Positions 41,380 to 51,496 of a stretch of DNA of 64,000 bases are shown piece after piece. Position numbers and translations under genes: made by a program. The notes beneath the pieces were generated by a model. It was not told where the DNA came from and made no database searches. It worked only from the letters and a program-made list of their open reading frames with translations. Every line of letters starts with the position of its first letter. Positions within the stretch are counted from its first letter, which is position 1. The stretch is from Myxococcota bacterium (GTDB lineage: Bacteria; Myxococcota_A; Polyangia; DRWM01), in assembly GCA_041309365.1 (NCBI GenBank), contig JBFYZU010000103.1, forward strand, positions 1,463 through 65,462. The letters run 5' to 3'.

Positions 41380-42360
41380 TCAGATCCGGGTGGCCGAGAT
41401 GACGGTTGACTGATTGACGCACCCGGACCCGAAGCACCCGTACGGGGTGGAAGGAGTGAACGTGGCTGTCCACAGGCCATCGAAGTGGTCCACGTCCGTA
41501 AAGTCGCCTGTGATGTTGTAGTACTCGTTACAGGCCCCGGACACGGTCTGGCTCACCGAGAAATGGAGATCTCCGGGCACCGGAACCTGCGTGAGCCGCA
41601 GGGTCCCCGCTGTGACCTCCAGGCTCATGCCCACCACATCGAAGCAGATCTGGCTGAAGTCATAGTTCACGTGCCCCAGCGCGCAGGTCTGTGTGATGGC
41701 GGCAGAGAGCGAGAAACAGCCCGAGTAGGGGTTCACCGGGCATTCGTCGGCACAACCGGTGATCGTGGGATCGCAAACGAAGGTGCACATGTTCTCCACC
41801 GTGTCGCAGGAGTCCACGGTGCACGGATCGGAGTCTGCGCACTCGCGCGGGCCAGAGGGCGGCATGCAGCCGAACTCGGGGTCGCATCTCTCCTCGCCGT
41901 TGCAAAAATCGTCGTCCTGGCAGTCCTCGTTGGTCGTGCACTCCACCGCGTCGAGCACGCACCCGGTTTCCTCGCAGTGCTCTCCCACCGGGCAGGTATC
42001 CTCGTGGTTGCAGGTGTGATCGATAAGGCAGGTGTCTTCCGTGCAGGCCAGGGAATCGTCGCATTCGCCGTCGCTCATGCACTCGTACGACAAGCAGCCC
42101 AGCAACGGGTCACAGGTCTGCCCGTAGGGGCACTCGTCGTCGTCGGGCTCGAACAGGCAGCAGCCACCGAAGACGCAGGTATCGCGCGTGCAGTCCACGC
42201 CGTCGTCGCACTCGTCGATGCCGGAGCAGACCTGCGTCTCGCACGTGATCTCGGCCACGTCCTGGTCCGTGGCCGTGTCCATGCCGGGCACGCCTCTGGC
42301 CGTACTGCACCCCACGAGCAGAGAGGCGAAGATCGCGAACACCCAGAAGTTTCTTCTCAT
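41380..42360 (-). CDS. Cys-rich repeat lipoprotein (myxobacterial cysteine-rich repeat type)
   Basis: Lipobox SLLVGC. About 45 Cys in DxxxCxxDxC-type repeats. C-terminal Cys-poor beta-rich domain. Confidence 0.55.
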   Translation of the reverse strand: MRRNFWVFAIFASLLVGCSTARGVPGMDTATDQDVAEITCETQVCSGIDECDDGVDCTRDTCVFGGCCLFEPDDDECPYGQTCDPLLGCLSYECMSDGECDDSLACTEDTCLIDHTCNHEDTCPVGEHCEETGCVLDAVECTTNEDCQDDDFCNGEERCDPEFGCMPPSGPRECADSDPCTVDSCDTVENMCTFVCDPTITGCADECPVNPYSGCFSLSAAITQTCALGHVNYDFSQICFDVVGMSLEVTAGTLRLTQVPVPGDLHFSVSQTVSGACNEYYNITGDFTDVDHFDGLWTATFTPSTPYGCFGSGCVNQSTVISATRI

Positions 42361-42387
42361 GGCTGCGTTCCTCCGGACGAAGGCTCT

Positions 42388-43242
42388 CTAGTGCCGCACC
42401 CCTCCGATGGTGATGGTCTGGGGAGAGCACAAGCAGGACGACACCTTGACCTCGGACCAGGTCGCGATGAGGTTGTCCGAATTGACGAAGTTGCCACTGA
42501 GGGTGGCCTGTATGCAGCTGTATGTGCCGGTCACGCTGAAGCTCGCGTCGGCGGGCGAACTGCCTGTGAGCGTGAATGGTCCGGCCTGGACCGTGAGAGC
42601 TCCTCCGTAGTTCGTGAAGCTCAGCTGGAGCACGTGATAGGAAACGGATCCGCACTCCTGGGCAATGGTCGGGCTGGTGTCGAACAGGCCGTTGTAGTGC
42701 ACTGCAGGATCGAAGACATCACCGGTCAACGTGTCCGTCGGTGCGTCCGACTCGCACTCCGGGTGGGTCTCGTACTCGCACGAGTCGGTGTCCTCGTTGC
42801 AGTAATCGATGGTGCAGCTGTTGCCGTCGTCGCATGAACGCGGCGTGGACGAGGGCACGCAGGTGATCCCGAAGCAGTTCTCCACGCCGTTGCACCACAG
42901 GCCGTCGTCGCAGTCCGCATCGGAGCTGCACCCGCTGATGCAGCCTTCCATGAGCGAGCAGTGCTGGCCATCGGGGCAATCGTCGTCGTCGGGGTTGTGA
43001 GAGCAGGTTCCTGCCACGGTGCACAGATCCGTGGTGCACTCGATGCCGTCGTCGCACTGCGCGTGGCTCGTGCAGGTGACAGGGGACGTGTCCACCCCCA
43101 TGTCCGAGCTGTCACCTGGAACATCCACGGCTTCGGCCGGCGCGTCGGTCACGGCGTCCAGGTCGATGCCGGGTGTCTCGCCTGGAGAGCAACCGAGCAC
43201 GGCGAGAACCGCGAACACGGTGGCGTTGTGCCGCCGGCCCAT
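42388..43242 (-). CDS. Cys-rich repeat lipoprotein, paralog of the upstream gene
   Basis: Lipobox AVLGC. Same architecture: Cys-rich DxxxC repeats plus a C-terminal beta-rich domain. Start chosen at MGRRHNATVF. Confidence 0.5.
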   Translation of the reverse strand: MGRRHNATVFAVLAVLGCSPGETPGIDLDAVTDAPAEAVDVPGDSSDMGVDTSPVTCTSHAQCDDGIECTTDLCTVAGTCSHNPDDDDCPDGQHCSLMEGCISGCSSDADCDDGLWCNGVENCFGITCVPSSTPRSCDDGNSCTIDYCNEDTDSCEYETHPECESDAPTDTLTGDVFDPAVHYNGLFDTSPTIAQECGSVSYHVLQLSFTNYGGALTVQAGPFTLTGSSPADASFSVTGTYSCIQATLSGNFVNSDNLIATWSEVKVSSCLCSPQTITIGGVRH

Positions 43243-43316
43243 GATTTCACCAATGATATTCATGAGTAAGAAGTAGCACGGAATCGTGCATCGGGCAACC
43301 GAACAGGAGATCCTGC

Positions 43317-44807
43317 TCATGCCCTGCGCAGGATGGATCCGAAGCCCACGATGAAGTAGCCGAACAAAAACAGGAGAAGAAACGGCACGGCGCTGAAATG
43401 GCCCCCCTCGAGGGCGAGGTACAGTGTCAGTGCGAAGTACAGGCCGAACAGGATCTCGAACAGGCTGATGGCGCTCTTGACCGGCCTGTACATGTGCTGC
43501 GGCCTCGTGGCCGGCACCGTGGCCGGCTGGGTATCGGTTCCCGTCTTGGGCGTGCGGACGAACTCCGCCTTGGTTCCGAACATGCCCTCGAGAACCGCGC
43601 GGGCGTTGTTGAGGCTGATGCCGATGCCCACCATCATCAGCGCTGGCAATAAGAGGAGGCCTCCGAGCCAGCGGCCGTGCACGACCCTGTGAGTGACGAG
43701 GTAGAACATGGCAATGGCGCAGGTGGTGCTAAAAAACAGCGGCATGTCCACGAGGAGGACTTCCTTGAGCCCTTGCTCGGTGCGAAACATGATGGTGGGC
43801 AAAATCAGGATGGCCAGCGGCACCATGAGCACGTAGGCCACGTTGTTCGTCAGGTGAAAGAAGGCCTCGATCTTGACCTTGAGCGGGAGGTCCGCCCTGA
43901 GCACGGGCCACAGAAGCTTGCGCGCCGTCTGCATCGAGCCCTTGGCCCAGCGGAACTGCTGCGCCTTGAAGCTGTTGAAGTCCTGGGGCAGCTCCGCGGG
44001 CGAGATCACGTCCGGGCGATAGACGAACCGCCAACCGCGCATCTGCGCCCTGAAGCTCAGGTCCATGTCCTCCGTGACCGTGTCGTGCTGCCAGCCTCCG
44101 GCATCCTCGATGGCCGCCTTGCGCCAGATGCCAGCTGTTCCGTTGAAGTTGAAGAAGCGTCCCGTGCGGTAGCGGGCGTTGTGCTCGATGAAGAAATGGC
44201 CGTCGAGCATGAGCGCCTGCACGCGAGTGAGCAGGCTCTGGTCCTGGTTGATGTGGCCCCAGCGGGTCTGCACGACAGCCACCTTCGGGTCCGTGAAGTA
44301 GTGGACGACCTCTCGGAGCATCTGCGGGGCAGGGACGAAGTCCGCATCGAAGATGGCGATGAAGTCGCCCCTGCAGCTCCTCATACCGTGCTCGAGGGCC
44401 CCGGCCTTGTAACCCGTCCGGTCCGCCCTGTGGATGTAGCGGATGTCGATTCCCTGCTCCGAGAAACGCCTCACGAGCCTGCGCACGATGTGCTGGGTCT
44501 CGTCCGTGGAGTCGTCGAGGACCTGGATCTCCAGCCTGTCCCTGGGATAGTCGAGCTTTGTGGCCGCCTCGATGAGCCTCTCGGCCACGAACTTCTCGTT
44601 GTACATGGGCAGCTGCACAGTCACCACGGGCAGCTTCTCGAACCGGGCCGGCTCGGGCTCCACGTAATTGCGGGACCTCCAGAACAGGTACATGAGCCCT
44701 GCCCTGTGGACTCCGTAGAGGGAAAGCAACCCGAGCACCGCAAGGTAGCCCATGATGAAGACATCATCGATCCCGATACTGTCGATCATGATCCCTAAAC
44801 TCCTCAC
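43317..44807 (-). CDS. family 2 processive glycosyltransferase (cellulose/chitin/hyaluronan synthase-like)
   Basis: D, DxD (FDADF), TED and QxxRW (QQFRWAKG) motifs. Multiple C-terminal TM helices. Confidence 0.8.
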   Translation of the reverse strand: MRSLGIMIDSIGIDDVFIMGYLAVLGLLSLYGVHRAGLMYLFWRSRNYVEPEPARFEKLPVVTVQLPMYNEKFVAERLIEAATKLDYPRDRLEIQVLDDSTDETQHIVRRLVRRFSEQGIDIRYIHRADRTGYKAGALEHGMRSCRGDFIAIFDADFVPAPQMLREVVHYFTDPKVAVVQTRWGHINQDQSLLTRVQALMLDGHFFIEHNARYRTGRFFNFNGTAGIWRKAAIEDAGGWQHDTVTEDMDLSFRAQMRGWRFVYRPDVISPAELPQDFNSFKAQQFRWAKGSMQTARKLLWPVLRADLPLKVKIEAFFHLTNNVAYVLMVPLAILILPTIMFRTEQGLKEVLLVDMPLFFSTTCAIAMFYLVTHRVVHGRWLGGLLLLPALMMVGIGISLNNARAVLEGMFGTKAEFVRTPKTGTDTQPATVPATRPQHMYRPVKSAISLFEILFGLYFALTLYLALEGGHFSAVPFLLLFLFGYFIVGFGSILRRA

Positions 44808-44932
44808 CCCCGGCTGATCGCACCGCCAGAAAACTGCTGCACATCCTATTTTGTAGACCCCTGGAAATTGTCACGGGAATGTAAATATTTGTCCCGAAAT
44901 GTATAATATGTCATTGATATCAACGAGTTGCC

Positions 44933-45979
44933 ATGATACCGCCACGGCCGCTCGGGCACAAGTTTTCTGCACTTGCTCCTGCCCACACCTTGGCTAGAAT
45001 GGACGCCGGATCGACACCCATGACAACCGCCTTTCTCATTGGCCGGGTCCGGGGCGTGAAGCGCTGGATCCAGCTTCTGTGGCTGCTCGTGCCTGCACTT
45101 GCGCTGGTTGAGGTGGGCCACCATGTCTGGATCGAATCCAGGGTGCCGGACAGTCGTGACTGGCAGCAAGCGACTCGGCTTGTGGAAGCGGGCCGCCAGG
45201 CTGGAGATCTCGTCGTGATCTCGCCGTGGTGGGCCTCGCAGGGCTTCATCTGGCTGGGTCGGTTCGTGACCGTCGAGCAGATGGCCCGAGAGGATGACGA
45301 GGGATATGGCCGGATCTGGGAGGTGGCCCTGCCTGGACACCGCCAGGAAGGTTACGAGAAGAAGGGCAAGCTCCTCAAGGAGGACAGGGCGGGGTGCCTG
45401 ACCGTGAGGCTCTGGTCGTTTCCACGAACGCCAGCAACTCTTTTCGACTTCGTCGAGCAAGTTGAAACGAGGGCCAGGGTGTCCATGGTGCCCTCGGCTG
45501 GCGGGCCCGAGGAACCCTGCGTGTTCAGGGCCAACCCCAAGACCGGCTTGGTGCCAAATGCCGCTGTTCAAGGAGGAAAGTTCCGCTGCGACCAGAGGCT
45601 TGCATGGAACTACGTAGCGCGCGAGGTCATCGCCGACCTCGACAACAGGCCCCGTCTCTGCCTCTGGGCTCACCCCATCGACGGCAAGCGCATCGTCATC
45701 GAGTTCTCGGGCGTCCCGGAGGGCGGCGTGATCGAAGGGCACACGGGCAAGAAGTACGAGGCCGACAGGGAGCACGTCGAGCGCCCGCCGATCCTGCTCC
45801 AGGTGAACGCGGCAGGCAAGACCGTGGGTACGGCCATGCACGTGCAGGGCGGTGGCTGGATGCCCTACAGCTTCGATCTGGGGCCAGAGGGTACTGCTGG
45901 CAAGGTCACGTTCGAGGTCTCGAGCGCACAGGCCGGGATGGCCCATTTCTGCTTCACGGCCAAGCTGAGGGACGAGTGA
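44933..45979 (+). CDS. hypothetical membrane-anchored protein
   Basis: One N-terminal TM (WIQLLWLLVPALALV) then a soluble domain. Its stop overlaps a GTG of the downstream GT39 gene. Confidence 0.4.
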   Translation: MIPPRPLGHKFSALAPAHTLARMDAGSTPMTTAFLIGRVRGVKRWIQLLWLLVPALALVEVGHHVWIESRVPDSRDWQQATRLVEAGRQAGDLVVISPWWASQGFIWLGRFVTVEQMAREDDEGYGRIWEVALPGHRQEGYEKKGKLLKEDRAGCLTVRLWSFPRTPATLFDFVEQVETRARVSMVPSAGGPEEPCVFRANPKTGLVPNAAVQGGKFRCDQRLAWNYVAREVIADLDNRPRLCLWAHPIDGKRIVIEFSGVPEGGVIEGHTGKKYEADREHVERPPILLQVNAAGKTVGTAMHVQGGGWMPYSFDLGPEGTAGKVTFEVSSAQAGMAHFCFTAKLRDE

Positions 45980-46002
45980 CGGCTGGCCTGGCACCGGGCC
46001 CC

Positions 46003-47703
46003 ATGCCCGGACGCACCCGGATCGCGGCGCATGCCCTGGGATTGGCCATCGGCACGCTGTACGTGGTCTTGCTGGTCGCAACGGCTTCCGACGTGGGGTT
46101 CGCAAGGGACGAGGGCTTCTACTTCACGGCCGCGGAGCAGTACATGCGCTGGTTCGACTTCATGCGTGAGGACCGGGCCGCGGCCATGACGCAGGAAGGA
46201 GTCGACCGGTTCTGGCGTATCAACAGCGAGCACCCGCCGCTGATGAAGGTGCTCTTCGGCCTGAGCCACAAGCTTTTCGCCGAGAAGCTGGGGTGGATGC
46301 TCGAGTCCACGGCCTACCGATTCCCCGGCATGATCATGGGAGGGCTGCTCCTCTATCTCGTGGTACTGTTCGGAACCTCCATCGGCGGTCTCAGGACGGG
46401 TGTGGCCGCCGCGATCGCCCTCGCCCTCATGCCCAGGTTCTTCTACCACGCGCACCTGGACTGCTTCGATGTGCCCATCACCACCATGTGGTTCGCGGTC
46501 GTGTATGCGTTCTACCGGTCGCTGCGCTCGTGGGCATGGGGCATCGTCACTGGGCTATTGTGGGGGCTGGCCCTGGCCACCAAGCTCAACTCGTTCTTCA
46601 TCCCGGTCACGCTGCTCGTTTTCTGGGTCGTGCTGTACGTGAGGGAGTTCGGGCTCGAAGGGCATGGAGACGCTCCGGGCAGGGGCAGGCTCAGGCTACC
46701 CGGCATCCCCGTGGCCTTCGTGTCCATGGTCACCCTGGGACCGCTGGTACTCTTCGCCATGTGGCCCTGGCTCTGGCACGACACGTTGGAGCGCTTCGGC
46801 GGCTACATGGGATTTCACCGGCACCACCCGTACTACAACATCGAGTATCTCGGTTACACCTACTTCGAGCCCCCGTTCCCCTTCTCCTATCCTTTTGTCA
46901 TGACCCTCGTCACGATCCCCCTGGTGACCACGGTGCTGGCGCTGACGGGCATGGCAGGCAGGCTCGTGACCTCCACACGGCGCATCCTGGGAGGGATCTC
47001 GCCTCTTGCGCTCGAGACCCTCGTGCACGAGCGGACACAGCGAGGCATCACTCTTCTCCTGTTCCTCAACATGCTCGTGCCCATGCTCATCATCGCCTGG
47101 CCGAGCACCCCCATCTTCGGTGGCACAAAGCACTGGATGCCGGCCTGGCCCTTCATCGCCCTGTTCACAGGCCTGGGCTTTGGCATGGCGGCCGACGGTG
47201 TGACCGGGCTCATGGAACGGGCGCCCGCGTGGTTGCGCGCCGGCGCGGGAGGCAAGCGCGTCGTCGCGGCCGGCCTGGGGCTCCTGCTCTTGGCACCGGC
47301 CGCCCAGCAGACACAGGCGAGCCACCCCTTCGGTCTGGCCCACTACACGATGCTCATCGGCGAGACACCGGGAGCCGCGGACGCCGGCATGTGCCGCCAG
47401 TTCTGGGGCTACACCACGGGAAGCGCCCTGGGATGGCTCAACGAGAACGTACCCGAGCGTGGCAGGACGTTCTTTCACGACACGGCCTGGGACAGCTACA
47501 ACATGTACAAGAAGGATGGGATGCTCAGGAACGACATCCTTTGGCACGGGCAGGTGGAAGGCTCGGACGTGGCCATGGTGCACTGGGAGCAGCACATGGC
47601 TGGCTACGAGTATGCCATCTGGACATCCTATGGCACGGTCACACCGGCGTTCGTGGTGACCCACCAGGGAGTCCCCATACTGCCCATCTACGTGTCTCGT
47701 TGA
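46003..47703 (+). CDS. GT39/ArnT/PMT-like membrane glycosyltransferase
   Basis: Polytopic membrane protein with DE motif in the first loop (ARDEGFYF), typical of GT-C PMT_2 family enzymes. Alternative GTG start at 45976. Confidence 0.65.
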   Translation: MPGRTRIAAHALGLAIGTLYVVLLVATASDVGFARDEGFYFTAAEQYMRWFDFMREDRAAAMTQEGVDRFWRINSEHPPLMKVLFGLSHKLFAEKLGWMLESTAYRFPGMIMGGLLLYLVVLFGTSIGGLRTGVAAAIALALMPRFFYHAHLDCFDVPITTMWFAVVYAFYRSLRSWAWGIVTGLLWGLALATKLNSFFIPVTLLVFWVVLYVREFGLEGHGDAPGRGRLRLPGIPVAFVSMVTLGPLVLFAMWPWLWHDTLERFGGYMGFHRHHPYYNIEYLGYTYFEPPFPFSYPFVMTLVTIPLVTTVLALTGMAGRLVTSTRRILGGISPLALETLVHERTQRGITLLLFLNMLVPMLIIAWPSTPIFGGTKHWMPAWPFIALFTGLGFGMAADGVTGLMERAPAWLRAGAGGKRVVAAGLGLLLLAPAAQQTQASHPFGLAHYTMLIGETPGAADAGMCRQFWGYTTGSALGWLNENVPERGRTFFHDTAWDSYNMYKKDGMLRNDILWHGQVEGSDVAMVHWEQHMAGYEYAIWTSYGTVTPAFVVTHQGVPILPIYVSR

Positions 47704-47792
47704 CGCGTCGACCGGTTCCCATTACATTTACAACTTAGTTGGAATCCCGACGCACGGACATTCAGTGACCCCCACAAGGGGAGGAGCCAGCA

Positions 47793-49436
47793 ATGATACG
47801 AACTCTCGTGGCAACAGCCGCCATCTCCTTGTTGTCCCTGATGGCAGGGCGCGTCGAGGCAGGCGATCCCATGGACATCGAGGCCATCAACGCAGCCATA
47901 GAAGCGTCAGGGGCGAACTGGGTAGCCGGCCCCACCTCGCGAACAGGGATGGACCCTGCCGAGAGGTCCTTGCCCAGCCTCGAGCAGGTGCTCGCCGGCA
48001 TGGCCCCTCCCTGGACCCCGGCGCCGCCCTCGGGCCTGCCACCAGCACCGCCCCCACCCACCCCCGACCCGGATGCCGTGCGTCTCGCCTGGAACGACTA
48101 CGAGGGCGCGGACTGGATGACCGAGATCAGGGACCAGGGCATGTGCGGAGGGTGCTGGGCCTTCGCCTCGCTGGCCGCGGTGGAAGGGTGCTACAACGTG
48201 GCTCTGGGCACACCCTATGCGGACATCGACCTTTCCGAGCAGGTCATCATCTCGTGTACCACGGGCGGATGCAGCGGCGGAATGCCCGAGCCCGTCGTGC
48301 AGTACCTGCGCACCACAGGCGTGCCGGACGAGCAGTGTTACCCCTACACGGCAACGGACGGCGACTGCGACAGCAAGTGCGCCGACTGGGTCGAGCGCTC
48401 GTTCACCATCTCTCGCTGGGGCTGGGTCTTCGACCTCTACGGCCAGGAGCAGGCAATCAAGAACCGCTTGCTCACAGGCCCCGTGTACTCCTCCATGACG
48501 GTGTACTCGGACTTCAATGCCTACACCACGGGCGTCTACGAGCACGTGACGGGCGCCGAGGAGGGAGCCCACGCCGTGACCATCGTGGGTTGGGACGACG
48601 ACCACGACAGCTGGATAGTCAAGAACTCGTGGGGGACGTTCTGGGGAGACGAGGGGTACTTCGAGATCAAGAGAGGCGATTCCGACATCGGTATGCACGT
48701 TGTTTACGTAGAGGTCAACCCTGCGGATCTTCCAGGGCACCCCTGCATCCTGCCCCAGAGTCGGTCGATCGAGGTTGTGAGCGGCGGCGATCCCGTGACC
48801 CTGGAGTTCTCCATGACAAACTGCGGCGGGACCACCCTCGACTGGACCGCCACACCGGATCCCACAACGGGATGGCTGTCGGTCACGCCGGAGTCGGGGA
48901 CGCTCCTCATCGGTGCAGGCACGGTGCTGACCGCGACCGTGGATCCGGAGACGCTCACGAGGCTCGGCCCGTGGGCCGGTTCGGTGGTCGTGCACGGAGG
49001 CGTGAGCGACGCACGCGGCCACATCGACATCGAGGTGGTGAGCACACCTTCCGAGGCGGACTTCACGGCCACGCCCACGAGCGGCCCCGTGCCTCTCGAG
49101 GTGGATTTCACGAACACGTCCACGGGCACGTTCTTCACCTCGAACTGGACATTCGGTGATGGAGGCATACTCAACGGACGCAACGCGACGCACCTGTACG
49201 AGGAGGAAGGGGTGTACACGGTCTCCTTGAGCATCACCGGGCCGGACGGCACGGACACCGAGACCAAGGAGGAGTACATCACCGTGCTCCCACCCGCGCC
49301 GGACCCCCTTCCGGACGAGGTCGCGGACGAACCGGCGGACGTGGAACCGGACGTCGCGACCGATGCGCCGCAGGACACCACGGAGACACCCGGTACAGGC
49401 GCCGATCCCGGATGCGGCTGTGCCATGGTGCACTGA
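47793..49436 (+). CDS. secreted papain-like (C1A) cysteine protease with PKD domain
   Basis: Catalytic QGMCGGCWAFAS. His block (HAVTIVGWDDD) and NSWG block. PKD signature WTFGDG...GVYTVSLSITG. Signal peptide. Confidence 0.8.
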   Translation: MIRTLVATAAISLLSLMAGRVEAGDPMDIEAINAAIEASGANWVAGPTSRTGMDPAERSLPSLEQVLAGMAPPWTPAPPSGLPPAPPPPTPDPDAVRLAWNDYEGADWMTEIRDQGMCGGCWAFASLAAVEGCYNVALGTPYADIDLSEQVIISCTTGGCSGGMPEPVVQYLRTTGVPDEQCYPYTATDGDCDSKCADWVERSFTISRWGWVFDLYGQEQAIKNRLLTGPVYSSMTVYSDFNAYTTGVYEHVTGAEEGAHAVTIVGWDDDHDSWIVKNSWGTFWGDEGYFEIKRGDSDIGMHVVYVEVNPADLPGHPCILPQSRSIEVVSGGDPVTLEFSMTNCGGTTLDWTATPDPTTGWLSVTPESGTLLIGAGTVLTATVDPETLTRLGPWAGSVVVHGGVSDARGHIDIEVVSTPSEADFTATPTSGPVPLEVDFTNTSTGTFFTSNWTFGDGGILNGRNATHLYEEEGVYTVSLSITGPDGTDTETKEEYITVLPPAPDPLPDEVADEPADVEPDVATDAPQDTTETPGTGADPGCGCAMVH

Positions 49437-49448
49437 GGAACAAGGCAC

Positions 49449-50804
49449 ATGAAACCGCAAGATCTCGTCACGGTCGTCACGCTGCTGTGCATGGGATGCG
49501 GAGGAACCGTGAGCACGGCCGGCGATGCGGGTGCGGACTGGACGAACGATATCGCGATGGACATCGGGCATGACGGCATCCTCGTATGCGGAGACGAGCG
49601 TACGCCTCCGGGGGGCGGCTCGTGGCCCATCGTCAACGGAAGCCTCGTTTGGGATACGGCGGTCGTGGATCTCGCGGACGGTCAGGCGCTCGCCGTGGGT
49701 GCGCTCATGTCACAGGGATACGGCGGCGAGTGGGACAATATCTGCACGGCCACGCTCGTGGCTCCGGCCCTCGTGCTCACGGCAGCTCACTGCGTGCGAG
49801 GCTGGAGCGGCGACGAGCCCGCGTCCTCTTTCCGGTTCGCCGTGGGAGACGACGTGGCTTCGCCCGTGCACATGTATGCGCCCATTCTCGCCCAGTCCAA
49901 CCCCAGCTACGCCGGAAGCTGGGGTGGAAGCGCCGAATGGGACGTGGCCGTGCTCGTGCTCGGCGAGCCCGCCATGACGGCCGTGCCTGCCATCGAGCCC
50001 ATCCCCATGAACTGCGAGGTCATCGAGTCCACCGCGTTCGTTGGACAGGATGTGCAGAACGTCGGGTACGGGATCACGGACACCGACTGGGGCGCTTTGC
50101 CCAACACGCTCAGGTGGTGGACAGTGGAGGAGGTCGTGGCGCTCGGCGCGTACGACTTCACAGTGGACGGTCACGGTGTGAGCAGCGTGTGCAACGGCGA
50201 TTCTGGTGGACCCAGCCTGTGGACCATGCCGGACGGCACGATCCGGGTCATGGGCACCGTGAGCTGGGGCGCACCCGACTGCGTGAGCGAGGATCACTTC
50301 GCCCGCGTGGACTACAACTGCGGTTTTATTTCTGGATTCCTCGAGAGCTGCGGTGAAGTCACGCCGGAGGGGTTCTGCGACGGCGACCAGGCCGTCTGGT
50401 GCGAGGGTGGCTCGCTCACTCGCGTAGACTGCGCGGCCTCGGGCCGCATCTGCGCCGACGACGGTACGGGACACATGCGGTGCATCGACCTTTCCGACCC
50501 CTGCGGCGATGTCACGGAGCAGGGCACCTGCGAGGGCAACACGGCCGTCTGGTGCGAGGCAGGGGCGCTGATGAGCCTGGACTGCGCCTTGACGGGGCTT
50601 GTCTGCGGTGACGATGGCACGGGTCGCATGCGCTGCCTCGAGGAGGATCCCTGCTTTGGCCTGGGATGGGAAGGCGCCTGTGAGGGCAACGACGCGATAT
50701 GGTGCGAGGATGGAAACATCCGCCGCCGCCTGTGCACGGACTGCGGCCAGATCTGCGGCTTCGACACGGACATGGGTGCCTACTACTGTATTGACCCGGC
50801 CTGA
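49449..50804 (+). CDS. trypsin-like (S1) serine protease lipoprotein with four C-terminal Cys-rich repeats
   Basis: TAAHC, DVAVLVL and GDSGGP triad blocks. Lipobox LLCMGC. 4 x about 40-aa CxGxxAVWCExGxLxxxxCxxxGxxCxDDGTGxMRC. Confidence 0.8.
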   Translation: MKPQDLVTVVTLLCMGCGGTVSTAGDAGADWTNDIAMDIGHDGILVCGDERTPPGGGSWPIVNGSLVWDTAVVDLADGQALAVGALMSQGYGGEWDNICTATLVAPALVLTAAHCVRGWSGDEPASSFRFAVGDDVASPVHMYAPILAQSNPSYAGSWGGSAEWDVAVLVLGEPAMTAVPAIEPIPMNCEVIESTAFVGQDVQNVGYGITDTDWGALPNTLRWWTVEEVVALGAYDFTVDGHGVSSVCNGDSGGPSLWTMPDGTIRVMGTVSWGAPDCVSEDHFARVDYNCGFISGFLESCGEVTPEGFCDGDQAVWCEGGSLTRVDCAASGRICADDGTGHMRCIDLSDPCGDVTEQGTCEGNTAVWCEAGALMSLDCALTGLVCGDDGTGRMRCLEEDPCFGLGWEGACEGNDAIWCEDGNIRRRLCTDCGQICGFDTDMGAYYCIDPA

Positions 50805-50828
50805 GGCTTTCCCTTACACACGTAGATC

Positions 50829-51494
50829 ATGAGCGCAGGATATCCAGGCGGGTACGGGCAGCCCGGTTTTCCGGGATCCCACGCCCCTGGCCAGGCCCCG
50901 TTCCCCCAGCAGGGCCCAAACCTCGAGCCGGGGCCTGCTTCTCCCGAGGGAATGGGAACCGGTGCCAAGGTGGGCATCGGCATAGCAATCGGTTGTGCGA
51001 CTGCAATCCTCGTGCTTCTTGTCGTGATGCTGGCCGCGGGTGCCTGCACCTGCCAGGCCTGCTCGAGCTGCTGCAGCCAGATGAACGATCTCGCACAGAA
51101 GTCGCGAGAGATGGAGGAAAGAGAATCCGCCCGGATCAACGCCGTGGGGGAGACTGTCCACGTTTCCACCTTCGCCGTCATGGTGTCCGAGGCTCAGAGA
51201 CAGGAGTCCACGGTGGTGGTCAGCCTGGACATCGAGAACACGTCCTCCATCGAGGAAGAGCTCGACCCCACGCAGTTCATCCTCGAGGACTCGGCCGGGA
51301 AGCGTTACGCCGTGGATCGGGAGAAGGCCAGGCTCACGATGGACGGCGTGCAGGCCGGTGACACCATCCCGGCGCAGAGCACGAGGACCGTGAGGGCCGT
51401 CTTCTCCGTCGCGCCCGAGGCCAAGGGCCTCGTCCTGCAGTTCAAGACACCCGCACCATCCACCTACAGCCGGCGCTTCGGCCTGGGGATCTGA
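50829..51494 (+). CDS. DUF4352-like membrane protein
   Basis: Gly/Pro-rich N-terminus, one TM, then a beta-sandwich region (VVVSLDIENTS...FILEDSAGKRY) resembling DUF4352. Confidence 0.45.
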   Translation: MSAGYPGGYGQPGFPGSHAPGQAPFPQQGPNLEPGPASPEGMGTGAKVGIGIAIGCATAILVLLVVMLAAGACTCQACSSCCSQMNDLAQKSREMEERESARINAVGETVHVSTFAVMVSEAQRQESTVVVSLDIENTSSIEEELDPTQFILEDSAGKRYAVDREKARLTMDGVQAGDTIPAQSTRTVRAVFSVAPEAKGLVLQFKTPAPSTYSRRFGLGI

Positions 51495-51496
51495 GC

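Noticed and set aside
49404-49436. GCGC at C-terminus of C1 protease resembling start of a MYXO-CTERM sorting signal
   Set aside because: The protein stops 4 aa later with no hydrophobic helix or Arg tail. The next gene begins 12 nt downstream with its own lipobox.
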